NCBI GenBank assembly: GCA_017499595.2
Contig: CM039006.1
Location: 2,170,001 to 2,234,000 of the forward strand
Direction of reading: 5' to 3'
Origin: Psilocybe cubensis
Lineage: Eukaryota
DNA: 64,000 bases
The notes beneath the pieces are model-generated. The model was not told where the DNA came from. It worked only from the letters and a program-made list of their open reading frames with translations, and searched no databases. A program made the position numbers and the translations under genes. Below, in pieces: positions 51,156-64,000 of this stretch (positions are counted from its first letter, which is position 1; each line of letters opens with the position of its first letter).

Positions 51156-54100
51156 TTAAAACTCTGCAAAACCCACGGCTTCTGTATCATCCATATCCCA
51201 GGGCTCCTCCCCATCTTCTCCCACAAAACCTTCATCGTTCTCCTCATCTTGATCTTCTTTCTCTGACTCGTCACTGTTTTCAGACTCTGAAGCGTTCATG
51301 GCAGCCTCTTGCTCAGCTGTAACGGGTAAATCAACTTCTTCTTCGTCATCTAAAGGTTCTTCATCACTGAGGTTGAAGTAGGAACCAAAATACCACGGTC
51401 GCATGCTTCGCGTGTACTCGTTGGTGCCCTTGTGGCCAATACCGTAGCCTAGATAGCGTACAAACATGTCACGATCCACGAAACTTATCATACATTAGCA
51501 ATATGTATCAAATAGAATAAATAAAACAACACAGCGTACCGGTTAACATAATAGAAATTCCAGTCGTGGTCTGGATAGTTGTCATCTTCCCAGTAGGCTT
51601 GCCGAGCAATGGAGGGGGGAAGAAGGGAGTCAGTCATCCCCAAATTAAATGCCGGAATAATATGTGAGGCCCTGAGTATATCAGAGGGGTTGAGGAAGCC
51701 AAACGCATCCGGGGAATCCGAATCAATGAACTTGAGTCGGTCTAATCGGCGTGCAGTCCACCCCGCACGAAAGGCATAGTCGACTTCAAACCATCTTACC
51801 CACAGAAATTCAAAACGTTGTGTTTTACCTCCGTTATGCTGTATGTCAGCGTCGAAGATACCAAGAACTCGAGCATACGAATAAGGGTGGGCCATAGAGC
51901 GACCTGAGTCCCCGTCCCGAGAGAGAGTCATGATATTACAATGGTTCCGAGGATTGATAGAATCTTGCTCGCGTCGTACGTCGTAAGTTGTATAGTTGAC
52001 TCGCAGGACTTTGTGCAAGTAAATTCGGTCGCTAAGGATGTTCACCTGTGCGCGCTCTTGGTCTGAATATGTACGGACTTGTCCTGTATTCGAATGGCCA
52101 AGTATTCGAGATAATATATGATCTTCGAGGTTAGAAACAAAGTCCTAATGTTTGAGCGAGTATTATTAGCACAGGTTGCAGTAAAGAATGGAGAGAAAAT
52201 TACCTCCGTAACTGCTGGGTCATCACAGTATTCGTTCATAAACTGAAACAAATACAGTTTATGGCGCTTGCTGGTCGATATTTGATGGTGCTCGGACGGT
52301 GAGATAGGAGGGAGACTCTCAGATTCCGAAGCTGAGACGATGTGTGGGGGTTTGATATACGATTTCTTAACACGCGAAGCCCTCGGACGCTTCTTGGACG
52401 GCTGTGCAGTGGCCTGCTTATCCTTTGAAGTTGAATTGGCCTTTTCGCTAGCCTCACTTTCTTCCAGTCTTGAAACCCGTGCAGCAATAGAGCGGAGCAA
52501 CTGCTCACGACGCTCATGACGAGAAATTTGGCGCTCAAACTGAGACCCCTTGTTGCTGCGTACAAAAAACCGTTTGACGCGACGGTGTTCCAATTCGCCC
52601 TGAGAGTAGTTAATATAATGTTGTAGTAACAAAAAATGACATACCCGTTGAGTAGAATAACCCTCTGTTGGGCCAAACATCCAGATAGTCTTGACATAAT
52701 CTCCGAGAGCGTGAAGCTTATACGTGAAGAGGTTCAGCATTTTGGAAACCTTCGCATTCAGAGACCCAGGAGCGGTGGGCTTGCCCTTCTTTGCATTATT
52801 GGCGGCACGACGGGCGCGGGCAGCGGTCTCCTTTGGTAGTTCCTTGGTTGCGTACAGCGGACAGATCTTAGAGACAAAAGATCTGAGCTCCTTGCCTAGT
52901 TGACGAGTGGCGACACCAAGTCCTGTAAGCGTGGAGTTGGTATGCATGCGAAGCTTGGCGAGCGCGTGCCATTCACAGAATGTGAAGAGAATGTCTTGAA
53001 TAAATTTATCCTGCGCCGGAGGAAGGAGGCCTTCAAAGACTGGCATGGAGCACTAGATAGAGCATATTAGTGTTCCGTAACGTGGAACGATGGCAAATCA
53101 TTTATACGTACCTGAAGTAAGTCTTCAAAATCTCGGGCTGCAAGCTTGGTCATGTCCGATGCATTGCGGTGGAAACGGCGTATTGTGCTTCGGCCAAACG
53201 TAGACACTTTGCGATATCTATTGGCAGGTGAATGCACGAAATTTAAATGATAATATATAGTACTTACCTCCAGTTGAGACGCTGAACACAGTTGCCACCA
53301 GCGGCCAGAAGAATACGCATCATATGCGTGAAGAAAGACTTCCAAACACCAAGTTCGAACTCGTGTAGGAAGTCAGGTACAAACATGGTATGAAAATTGA
53401 ATCCAAATTTTGAAAGACGTGTTGAGAATGCATTCTACACAAAGGTTAATCGTTGTAAGAAGGGGTAAAATGGATCAACGTACCCGTGTTGGGACGGCCG
53501 ACGTATCCTGAAGGATATCTTCTACACGTGTGCTTTTGACCCCCTTTCCATGTTTGAAGATCCACTTTCGACTATTCTCAACCCTGTCGCGCCGTTGCTG
53601 ATCGTCTTTGCGAATGTGCGAGCGCCGCTGTTGATCAACATGAGTTCCAAGTCCACTTACCCAGCGCTTCTGAATAAAGCACCGAGGACAGACACATTTT
53701 GCGAGGTAGCGGATGGTGGCAAGAAGGACTCTGAAGGTATGACTTGGTACGGCATAGACCAGAGTAAACAAAACAGACTTACTTCTCAGGATAGTCGGCG
53801 GAGTATGTAAAAAACCGGGGAAACACACGACGTATGACACCATCGGCACATTTAATAATGATGCCATGTTCGTAGGCTTCCATGAATTCCTCGTCGAGAA
53901 GAATGAGCCATACGGCATGCATCAGCTCCCGCTTTAGGTGGGTGATTGTTGCTGCCGTTGCTGTCAGACCGTTGTAAGCTTTCATATAGATGTCTTGTAG
54001 GGTTTTGGGCAGCTAGTCACATATATAGTTAAACGAACAGAAAACAGAATGAGAACAATGAACATACCGATGGTAAATACGCAATGTGGTGCGCTGAGAA

Positions 54101-55495
54101 GCTATTGGGATTCGCACGTACGTACTTTGATTGATTGCCAAATAGCAGGTATAACGGCCAGAGTGATGCGTTGCCAAAGTTAGCAAGCTGGGTCGAGTCT
54201 GACCACAGCATCAACGCAACAATAGCAATTTCGTGGGTATCGCTAAGTTGCGCTTCCTGATTCTGCTGTTTACAAAGATCGACATATTCATCGTAAAATG
54301 CGTCGGAGTTGTAGATCTCCGTAATGACGCGCTCTGGTGGACTCGAGGGCGATGGCTTCCAGAAAAGATGATGCGGTGTGAAATGCCATGATTCCGCGCT
54401 TTCATCCTGAAGGGCGGCCTTGATCGTGCCTACCAAACTCCGATAATAGACATTTGGTACCTCAAGGACTGGTGCTGCATCCTCGGAAGGGTGTAGCGAC
54501 TGCTCGCAAGGAAGAGGTATTTTGACAGTTGCATTGATCCAGCCTGCTTCCTGTCTGAACGTTGATTGTGAACTTTCGGGTGCGGAAGTCGCATTGTCCA
54601 TGCGAGCGAGTTCCCGTTTCGCACTAAAGTTCTCCAAATCTTTGACACAGAAATCCTCGGCAAGCAGAACCTCCCGGACCAAGCGATCAAGCTCACCCAC
54701 GGATTTCAGGGTAGTATTGCCATAGAACCAATGCATAAGGCGAAAAACCGTAGCATTCAAGAAAGGCGCAAAGCGGTTGGACACAGAAGCTTTGTCTAGG
54801 GATATTCCCATAACCTTGGCAATCCGAGAACTTGATTCCTTTGGGATAGAGGTCGCCAAGCCAGGTGCATTGCAAAGATTGTCGAGTTCCTCGAAGTCAT
54901 CAACCTCCTGTCTGGGAAAAGTTGGATATTCCCGGTACAAACCAAACTCGTTGGGCAGAGTGCGTGTTACGGTGGGTTCAAAAGAAGGAGCCGGCTCCGG
55001 AGTTAGTTCGTGTGGAGAAACAGGCTTTGGAGCAGATCGTCGGACTCGAGGAATGGGGGGAGGCATATGAGGTATACGGGTCGACGAGTTGGGTAAAAAG
55101 TCAACATGTTTTTTGGGATATTTACGTACACGTCCCAAACGCGTAGGAGGAGGGACAAACCCCTCAGGAAATGGGTCAGGGGGATCAGATCTTGGAGGCA
55201 AAATAACACCGTCGTCGATATTCTCGTAGGTCATAGAAACATCCTCCCATTCGGCATCCTGAAAGTATTCATTTGTCAGTATAATGTGTGTCGAAGCGGT
55301 GGACCATACCTTATTGAGTTCATGATTAACGGTGGTGTCAATCTTGACACGCTTCGCACTTCCAGTATCCCGGTCAACATCAAGCGGCTTGCAGACATTT
55401 TCAAGGTCTGCTTGCACAGCAGCACAGGTGATGCGGTGAATTCGAACTGCGTGCTTTGTTTTGAATGTCTTCTCGCAAGCATCGCAAATGACCAT
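51156..55495 (-). CDS. Plavaka-family transposase, multi-exon, apparently intact
   Basis: N-terminal C2HC finger (CDAC...HRITC), LWSDSTQLANFGNASLWPLY, YSADYPEK|VLLATI..CVCPRC, PDFLHEFELGVWK, AARDFEDLLQ, YKLHALGDY, GELEHRRVK, NYTTYDVRR, FLWVRWF and FVDRDMF. All splice junctions I checked stay in frame. Confidence 0.9.
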
Positions 55496-55715
55496 GATGA
55501 TAAGAAACAACAAAATAGAATGCCGCATTGCAGCATGCAATGCGCATGGAGACAAAAAAGAGGTCAAGAAGGTAATATTGACCAGAAAACACGCGTCGCG
55601 ACGCATCAGAAAAGATCACGTGTCCGTTCTCAACGGGCTTTTTCGGAAAACCTGAAACCTTTTGCCCTGTCCCATCACCATCTCCCTACTCTGCAACCAC
55701 CTACCTCGGGATTCC

Positions 55716-57862
55716 ATGGCTCCAGCCTCACAGATTCACACTGCAGACGCACAACCCCCACATTCCACTCAGCATGCAAAATCTCGAGAATCAATCAGCA
55801 GCAGTGACGGCAGCAATGAAGACAGCAGCGGCTCGGATACTGACCAAGACCATAAAGAAGAGGTGGTTATCAAAAAGCGCAAGAAGGCTTTGAAGGTTAC
55901 GTTTCGTAAAAGGGCCTCTCGCAAAAAATTAAAGTCTTCGTGCGTATTGTGTTTTTTCAAGTTTAAGTTTACTACTGAATGCGCATTGCTGTCACCTAGC
56001 GCGGTACTCGAGCCCTTTATGCACCATTCGGCATGGCACATTCGCAATGGTGCTATCTACACCAACTGGGAACACGTTATTCTCACCGGCTTGAAGGCCG
56101 AGCAGGGGAAATTTGGCTCTCTTACACAGCAGGAGTAAGTAACTTTATTATTTACCCGATTTGGTCTCTTTTGTTTAAACTTTTTACTACTTTAGGTTTG
56201 CGGAGAAGCACAAAAAAGCACTTTCGGCTTACGACGATCTGCGAGCGGCTATTCCCACCTTTGACGATGATATAAAGGTCATCGCAAGGGACCCCGCTTA
56301 CCTAGACAGACTGTGCAAAACGGTATGAGTACCTATTTCTCATACACGTACATCTAATGTCCTATTCAGATGGTTACTGCCGCCGGAACCGCTCGTTCTA
56401 ACGACATCTCAAGCCTCAAGAAGGATGCACTTACCTATGCAGCACTGTGCCTGCCTGATGGTCGCCTGGATCCTCCCATTAACCCAAACGACTCCAAGAA
56501 GACGACCCGAGGCTTCAAGCACCCGCAACTTGGTGCGCTTTTAGTTCCCGCCGCCTGCTTTGAACAGTATCAAAATGATCCCGAGTAAGTCACCCGTATT
56601 TATATGCGTGTCATACTGATTTTGTTTTTGAGGTATCGTCGCAATCTCTCTCTCAACAAGGTTGTTATCAAGGCAAAGGCAATGCCACACCTGGTGTATC
56701 CGTATGGTAAGTACGACCCCGAGCATGTATTGGAAGGGATGTTCATGGCTCCGGCCTTGGTCGCGGTGCGTATTTTGTGTTGCTGTCTTCAGTACTACTT
56801 ACGCATGTTATCAGGTTTTTCAACATATATTTATGTCGCCATCCTCGGCGCTGAAGACACCTGGCATTACACGGACCGGACATGGGAAGGCTCGCAAGCA
56901 TCACATGAAGTCAGTTACGATACCGAGCATTGCATATGCATGCACACATGTACGTGTTTTTTTCCACATGTTGTATATACTAACCATGTCATCAGTATCG
57001 GTACGCTATTTCGGGATGTATGGACTGGCGTCAGAACGATAGGCATTTCAACTACGAAGAGTTCTACATGGAGGTTGTAAAAATGCTGGAGTGGGCTCGA
57101 GAAAATGATCCCGAGTGGTGGAAAGACTTTGTTACATGGTGGAACGCGTGCGTAGTTTCTTTTTTACAATTAAATTATATAACTCAAACAGTTCATCCTA
57201 GGCAAGTTTTCCCTGTCGAAGACGACTCCGTTACCGAGAGCAGTTCATCTGACGAAGAGATGACTACGTCTACCTTCAAGAAAATGAAGGCACAGGTGAA
57301 GGCCAGCCGTGCAGCGAGGGATATTCCTGCCAACTCTGCACCACCACCACCACCACCATCTCAATATCAGCGCGAGATGTTGTCGCCATCGCCGCCCTTG
57401 TCGTTAAGGCCTGTTCAGTCTCCGGCACCGGGTTCATCTATTCCACCAAGTGTAGGTATTCCTGGCCGGCAGCACCATGCTCAATACCTTGCCGGCCCAG
57501 TGGACGCCAACATTGACCCCCGTTTACAGATCCCAGGTCCTCATGTTGCTAGCAACCACCCACCTCTCGGTGGACCTTCTCGATATCCTGCAGGTGTTCC
57601 TCTGTTTTACAACTCATCGCACCCTATTGCTAGTGCCTCCACTCCGGCTCCGGCTCTGTCTCGTGGTCATCCAACCCCGCGCGCACTCTCTTCCAGTGTC
57701 TACACTCAACAGTTCAATAATTCTCCGGAATGGCAGCTGGAGAATACCTACGACGAGTCATACTTTGCCGACCACACAAGGAAGAAGAACCATATTGGTC
57801 ATCGTCATCCCAGTGTAGGTCCCCAGATGAATCCGGTCTTCCCTGACATAACAAACTGGTAA
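55716..57862 (+). CDS. Transposon cargo gene, DUF6698-like fungal protein with a Pro-rich tail
   Basis: Spliced exons with ARSNDISSLK, RGFKHPQLGALLVP, YDPEHVLEGMF, FQHIFMSPSSA, SIAYAC and FNYEEFY..WWN. Lies inside the TIRs, divergent from the transposase. The family name is from recall. Confidence 0.7.
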
Positions 57863-58614
57863 GCTCACCTAATCATTCTGCAAGTTATCATTACTGATAA
57901 GGCTTTAGATTCAACTGCTACTATTATTCTCTTGGTGCTCTGGCCTCTCTCGCTACTGTCAACTTCTCGTTCTTGCTCGGCTCTCCTCTCACTCATGTTG
58001 CATTTTGGACTTCTCGGCGACAGCTCTGGCTTCCATTCGACGGCGAAAATCATGTAATTATAGTCTGCTTGCATTCTGTTTGCTCGGTTACCTGTACTTG
58101 TAGCCTCCCTGTCTGTATTGTTATTTTTTAAATTGCAATTTCGCTTTCCATTGTTTATTACTGTGTGTGATGGCCTGAAGTAGCCGCTAGGAATAAGGGT
58201 ACCCAAGAAATGTGCATTGAGTGAATCCCAAATGATTTTGGGTCTCCTAAATGTTAGATAAATGATATTGGGACCCTCAAATGTTATCCAAATGTTTCAT
58301 GTACTCTTAAATGTTGCGGAATGATTTGGCTATATTTAGTACTACCTAAAACATTTGCTTTGAATAAAGAATTCGAAGCCTTTCAGTCTTCGGAGTCTCT
58401 CGTTACGAACCGCACAATGCCTTTCGGGCATTGGGGCCTTTGGACGCCTCCAAATGCCTTGTCAAGGCATTTGGGGATCCGGACACTTTTGCTGATGTTG
58501 GCTTGAAAAGGAAATTATGTTTCCCACAATATCTACATTGTACAATGTTCCCTATTCAATGAAAGCCCGGGCCTTGGACGCTATACTTTGTGACATCTTT
58601 GGGTTTGCTGTTAG

Positions 58615-59930
58615 CTAATTATCTGGGTAGTCTGTAGCCAGAGAAACGGGCTTCCACTCTTCAAGCCTAGCTAGCGTATTTTCGCAATGCTTCTTCACAG
58701 TCTCATAGCTATCACTTCCAAGTGCAAAGCCGGGATGGACTTGTCTCCCGGTTGCCATTCCCTCTCCCCTAATAATGTCAATTATAGTATAAGCACCACG
58801 GACTGTATCCCCTTTTTGAGTCCCTTTGTATGCTGTGTTGATGTATCGACAAAAAAAGTAAGCTCCAGACATGAATGTAACAGAATGATTCATACCGAGC
58901 AGAGTCGCATTGGCACTTTCACCGGCATCTTTATATGCATCAAGAATGGGAACCCATTTCGGGAGCTTCTCTATTATGGGAGTGCGGAAGGCGCCAAAGT
59001 CAAAACAAATACTGCGAAGTCCGAAAGGCGCAATTTCCTCATGTAGTGTGTCGGATATTCCTAAATGCAACCAGATGAAAAGGTGGTAAAATAAGGTGCA
59101 CTAAGTCTCTGTATGTGAAGTTCTACTGACCTCGAATGGCAAATTTGCTTGCGACGTAGAGCCCACAGAAGGGCACGGGTCTAAATTCGGATTGACAACT
59201 TGATCAAAAGTGCAACACATTAAAATAAAAGGGACTTACCTCCACCCATAGCAGGATCCGATGAAGGAAATTGTGCCAGTCCTTTGCTTGCGCATGTATG
59301 GAAGAAAAGCACGAGCCACGTTAAGAGCCCCGAAAACATTTGTACTATGGGATCCGTATTAGCATTGAGTGCACCTCTGGTATCATAAATTATACGCAGC
59401 CAAATAACTCACTTGAATTGAGTAAGAGTTTCCTCGTGGCTGAGTATTATTGCAGTAGTGAGCAGAGGTTTTGTAATATGCTGTTTACTAGAAAATACTT
59501 ACGTAGTTTCTTCAAAGCTTCCTGGCATGATAAATCCTAAACAATACAGACAGACAGTTGAAACGCTGAGCACCAAAGAAAAGTAATATAAAACCACCTA
59601 CCAGCGTTATTTACAACCACATCAACCTTCCCATAGACGACGATAGCTTCTGCAGCGACAGCTTTAAGCTTATCTATGCTTTCGGTGACATCAAGAACCA
59701 TGACGTGAGCACCCAGGTCCTTCAAGTCTTTGATGGATTCAAAGGATCGCAGTCGTGTAGTAGCTATAACATGATCTCCCCGCTCGAGTACTGCAATAGC
59801 GAGCTCACGACCTATGCCCGACCTGCAGCATCGTGAGTAAGTCGTTCATGCCGCATAAAATTAGAGGTTTGGGGTATAAGTAAACGCACGAGCATCCGGT
59901 AATAAGCCAAACGAGAGCTGTAGAAGACAT
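58615..59930 (-). CDS. Short-chain dehydrogenase/reductase, copy 2
   Basis: MSSTALVWLITGCS|SGIGRELA, VVVNNAG, TNVFGALN, YVASK and C-terminal ATDYPDN*. Same exon layout as copy 1. Confidence 0.88.
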
Positions 59931-61017
59931 TTTCAGTGGTTAAAGATGGTGGGAATAGAATCTTTCGGATAACCAGTCTTTATACAAATACCCATTGGTG
60001 TGAAGTGAACACATCAGGCAGATTATGGATGCACACTATACCTTGATAAGCTATATTATTTTGGGCGGATAAGCGTGCACACTCAATACCTTTGCTTCTG
60101 CATCTATCTTGACACTAAATTGATCCTAAGTTGACAGCAGCAATGAACCCTACTTGTGTTAGCAATGCAGGAGCGTAAGCTTCATTTCTGCATCCAAGGA
60201 TTGAGAGATATCATCCTCAAGAGAGATTCAACGCACAGACCGCATCCAACAATTGAGAGATATAACTTTTGAGAGACATAGGATATACCGTCAATAGTAT
60301 ATCTCCGCTGACGTCAATTGTCAAAGCAAGCTGCATGGAAAGGGTTAGGGGAAATATGGAGGTAGTAAGAACAAGGCCAGCTTACTTTCATTCATGCAGT
60401 AGCAATCGATATGGTCTCTTCGATCGCCGGTTCAAATCGAAATATCCTAGAAAGGCCAGATTCAAATAACCAGAGGTAGCAGCTAATTTTGGAGTTCCTT
60501 CTGAGCAGTACAGTAATATAGTGAAGTGGATGGGTACACTGCTAGCCCCTGAGCAAAGCGCAACGTTACTAGCATTTAATTTTGCGAAGTGGGTGGATAA
60601 TTCCTGTTCATTTATAAGCCCTATAGTATTCATGCGGGTTCCTAGTAGCTGAAATATACTGAATAGAATGGTCGTCCAGTGAATCAACTCATTGGTAGTA
60701 AATGTTCAAATCGGCGAGCAGTACCCGAAAGATGCTCTGATAGAGCATTAGAACTCTGAATAATCCCCAGATGAGTCCTACATCATAGTGGGTGGTCAAT
60801 ATTTACCTCGTTATATTTAATTCGCACTCAAGACAGCGAGTCCACATACCAACAGACCTTACGAGGCGCTATTCAACTTGTTACCACCACACTCCCAAGG
60901 CCTTCCATGGCGGCAACTGCCCACAGGAGTGCATCAGGGGCTAGAAAGTTGGCTCTTTTCCAAGAGAACTTTCTTTCTGCCATTTGCCAAATCGACAGTA
61001 TCCTGTTCGTCTTTGAT

Positions 61018-61980
61018 TCATCGGTCAATGTTGTAGGGCATCGGCGAAACAGCCGACGCGATTGCAGCCACACCACTGGCCCCTATTCCCCCTCGTCCTG
61101 CATTTGCGTCATGATTACCTTGTGTTGAAAGCCATTTTCGGAACACAAAAAAGGCTAGACAAGCTCCAACAGCAGCGAGAGTGCCTATCACCTTGGCACC
61201 AACAACCGAGCTCTCGTGTTCAACCTGCAGAAATTCGACAGTGAGATAAACGACAATACATTCATTGAAACTCACCACTGATGTGAAAGGCGACAGGATT
61301 GGGATTGTGAAATGTGAAGCACCTATCATTGACCACCATTTTTCCTGCTGTTTATGTTGTAATAACATTGAATGACGCGCGTAGTGTGTTGCAAGATAGA
61401 CCACGACGCCGATTAGTAGAAAGACGATCCCAACGAGAAGTCTCTGGAAAGAATACTGTGTTCAATGAACCGAATTGTGTATCAACGACAAGGGACATAC
61501 GACGAGTTTTTCTAATGTGTCGTGCTTTTCCTTCTGTTCCTTAGCGAGTTGTACAAGCTCGCGCTGTGATATGAATGATAATTATTCTTGTTGCAAAGTT
61601 CTACATATGGAGGTGCTCACCTCTCTCTTCATGTCGTGCGCATATCCCAAATTCTTAATCTCCTTCTTGTGGTCCTCGTGTGCAGCAAGTAATGCCTCTG
61701 CTTTCAAAGCACGTGTCGCCCAGTACTGTTCCTTCGCAGTTAAAGGCTGCATATGCATCGTATTCATATTCACATTTGTGATGTCGTCCAGAGTGGTCGT
61801 GGTCGAAACCAATGATGAATTGGCTATACTTCCTTTATACCGCTGCGGCAGCCAAGTTGACGAATGAGAGTTTGCTCCCTGAGAATCGTACTGGGACTGT
61901 TTGGTGTTGTAAGAGGAAGCCAGTGCGAGTGTAGCTGACATGGCGATGGGAGGTTGTTTCTTGAGCTTGTTGTTCGACAT
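61018..61980 (-). CDS. Hypothetical membrane protein (coiled coil plus 2 TM)
   Basis: EQYWATRALKAEALL, a TM segment LLVGIVFLLIGVVVYL, HFTIPILSPFTSV|VEHESSVVG and a second TM segment. Three introns. Confidence 0.65.
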
Positions 61981-62818
61981 TGGAAACGTGGTTCGAGTTC
62001 ATGGCGTGTTCAACGTCAAGCGATCGCGTTTACTGCATTCTCGAAAAGGAAGGCGCCATTCCCACGATGCATACAATGTCGCTACTTACAATCTTTATAA
62101 GGTCGTATGAACTTGAAACAGTAGCCTCAAAATAATCTTTTATTGAACGTCTACCAGAAAAATTAACTGCGGAGAATAGAATGGATGAAATGTATTGACC
62201 ATTAATCAAACACGAAAACTCTTCAGATTTCTTTGAGATTCAATCGCAGAGAATCAATGACCAACGGGTGTATTGAAGTTTTAAATGGATTCAAGTACAT
62301 GCCAGATAATGAATCAAAGCTAATCAGCTATTTAGTTAAGTTTGAGAGGGGTCCAGGATAAGAGAAAACACAGCCTTAGTAAGGAATTGTACGCCCAACC
62401 GCTCACTCGGTGATTACGGACTTAGACAACTCGAGTTGGAGTCCCCGCCTTACATTAGTTCAAAATTACCAATCTGAATTTTGGAGCTTGCTTCCCCGAG
62501 TTCATAATAGCTTCTGAGCAGCTTGGAAGCTGTCATCTGAGTAAGATCGCTATATTTTATCTTAGTGGTTGTGAAATACGCGGAGAATGGCGGGCTCACG
62601 GTCCAAATCGAGGTTGTCACCGTGGGACTTGTATCAAACTTGTGGTAGCCGAGTGAGCGAGATGAATTCACATTCCGGCACAGAAAGTGGGAGGATATGA
62701 CGTTAAGGTCCTTGTACTGGGGTATAAAAGCTGCTATGCTTTTCGTTTCCATTCAACGTATCAACTCTTCTTTTACACCTTCTCTAGCTTGATCGCATAT
62801 ACCCAATCGCAATCAAAC

Positions 62819-63844
62819 ATGCCTTCCGAGCTATTTGTTTTGACTTCAGCAGACAGAACCCTGACAGGAGCACAGACTTTACGCGTGATTTTAATTCAGT
62901 GAAGTATTCATGGTCTGAAACATTTGTCTGATTCTAGGGGTGGTACTTGCCTGAAGCAGCGCATCCCTACTACTTGCTCGCCCCACACGCAACCATCGAT
63001 TTTGCCGCGCCAAAGGGGGCCAATCCGCCGCTAGACGAAAGTAGCGTGAAAGTAATTAGCACTTTCTGTATTTACAGAAATACGGCACTCACCAGCGTAC
63101 GCAGCTATACAAAGATGAGGAGTCTGTCAGGTTTCTTACCGATCCTGTGGTACAAGAGAAACTTGCCAGCACAAAAAGCTGTCGGAGGTGCAGTTCCGCG
63201 ATTACGATGCTATTTTTTACGTTGGGGGGCACGGGCCTGTAATTGATCTTCCAACCGATAAGGACAACATCAAGTTGATTGGAGAGGTAAGCCCGCCAAA
63301 CAGAGGTCGTGCTGAAGAATGGGTTTACAACCTTTTGGGGAGTTAGTTCTAGGATTCTGGAAGGATTGTCTCAGCTGTTTGCCATGGACCTGCGTAAGAG
63401 TATTTTCGAGTGACGTCAGTGGGATGGCTTTACTGACACGTCTTTGGAAGTGCTCTTGTGAATGGTGTAGACGCCGACGGCAAGTTAAATTTTGCAGGAC
63501 GAACGTTCACTGGATTCTCAAACGAAGAAGAAGTTCAAGTCGACAAAGTCGCGGTAAGCATCAATTTATGACAGAGTTTCTGGGTTATTGACCGTTTGCA
63601 TTCGGTTCAGGACATCCCATTTTTGCTGGAGGATAGGATTCAAGATCTCGGAGGCAAATATGTCAAGGCTGATAAAGCTTGGGGTGTCAGTTAGCTCCTC
63701 AGCAGCAGAGACGTAAAAATTCTGACGCTGGTGATTATTTTTTAGGTGAAAATTGCGGTCGATGGGAAGCTCATTACGGGCCAGAATCCTGCCTCTGCTT
63801 CCGCTGTTGGAAAGGCACTTCTCCAGGCTCTTGGGGTACATTAA
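62819..63844 (+). pseudogene. DJ-1/PfpI (Hsp31-like glyoxalase III) gene, probably degenerate
   Basis: GWYLPEAAHPYY, YDAIFYVGGHGP, SAVCHGPA and LITGQNPASA. Lesions: first donor reads TT instead of GT (62879-80), a -1 frameshift in the A5 run at 63173-77, and TAG at 63350-52. Confidence 0.75.
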
Positions 63845-64000
63845 TGGATGCACTCACCTTTGAGATGCAATGGAACCAGACGTCGAACGCAGAATGATTA
63901 GAGATTTGGATTACGTACTCCTGTCATCGTTAGCCTTTAGAAGGCGTAAACATTTCTTTCATGAGTCCTTCGATGCGTTGTTGTGCTTGAGACTGACTGT

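Larger units (their letters stand above)
50754..58497. mobile_element. Full-length Plavaka (CACTA/CMC-related) DNA transposon, 7744 bp
   Basis: TIR catcagcaaaagtgaccagacgcccaaatgcctt matches the reverse complement of the right end catcagcaaaagtgtccggatccccaaatgcctt (30/34, first 14 perfect). TT flanks both sides. Subterminal CAAATG/CATTTG repeats. Encloses the transposase and a second gene. Confidence 0.9.

Overview
This is eukaryotic, intron-rich fungal DNA from an agaricomycete, probably Agaricales (it carries an Agrocybe-type long peroxygenase, a Plavaka transposase and an NWD2-like NACHT gene). The ORF track therefore shows only exon pieces, and I assembled the gene models by hand from GT/GC-AG introns. 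1-31 kb is ordinary gene-dense sequence: BTB protein, GT25 glycosyltransferase, mitoribosomal Rsm27, SAH1, GST, a KAR5-like gene, a NACHT/NLR gene, a broken peroxygenase, a PB1 protein, a CCCH/RRM-RBR E3 ligase and a methyltransferase. 32-46 kb is accessory-like. It holds a tandem pair of tiny three-exon genes encoding secreted 4-Cys peptides (50 and 54 aa, each with a 12-nt microexon and a shared upstream block), foldback/MITE elements, and a ~9 kb domain dense in short tandem repeats. 47-60 kb holds two tandem SDR paralogues, a complete and apparently intact 7.7 kb Plavaka (CACTA-like) transposon with a divergent cargo gene, and a 1.25 kb non-autonomous element with the same CATC...GATG ends and 2-bp TSD inside an SDR intron. 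The window ends with a membrane protein gene and a degenerate DJ-1/Hsp31 gene. Family assignments come from motif recognition, not database searches.
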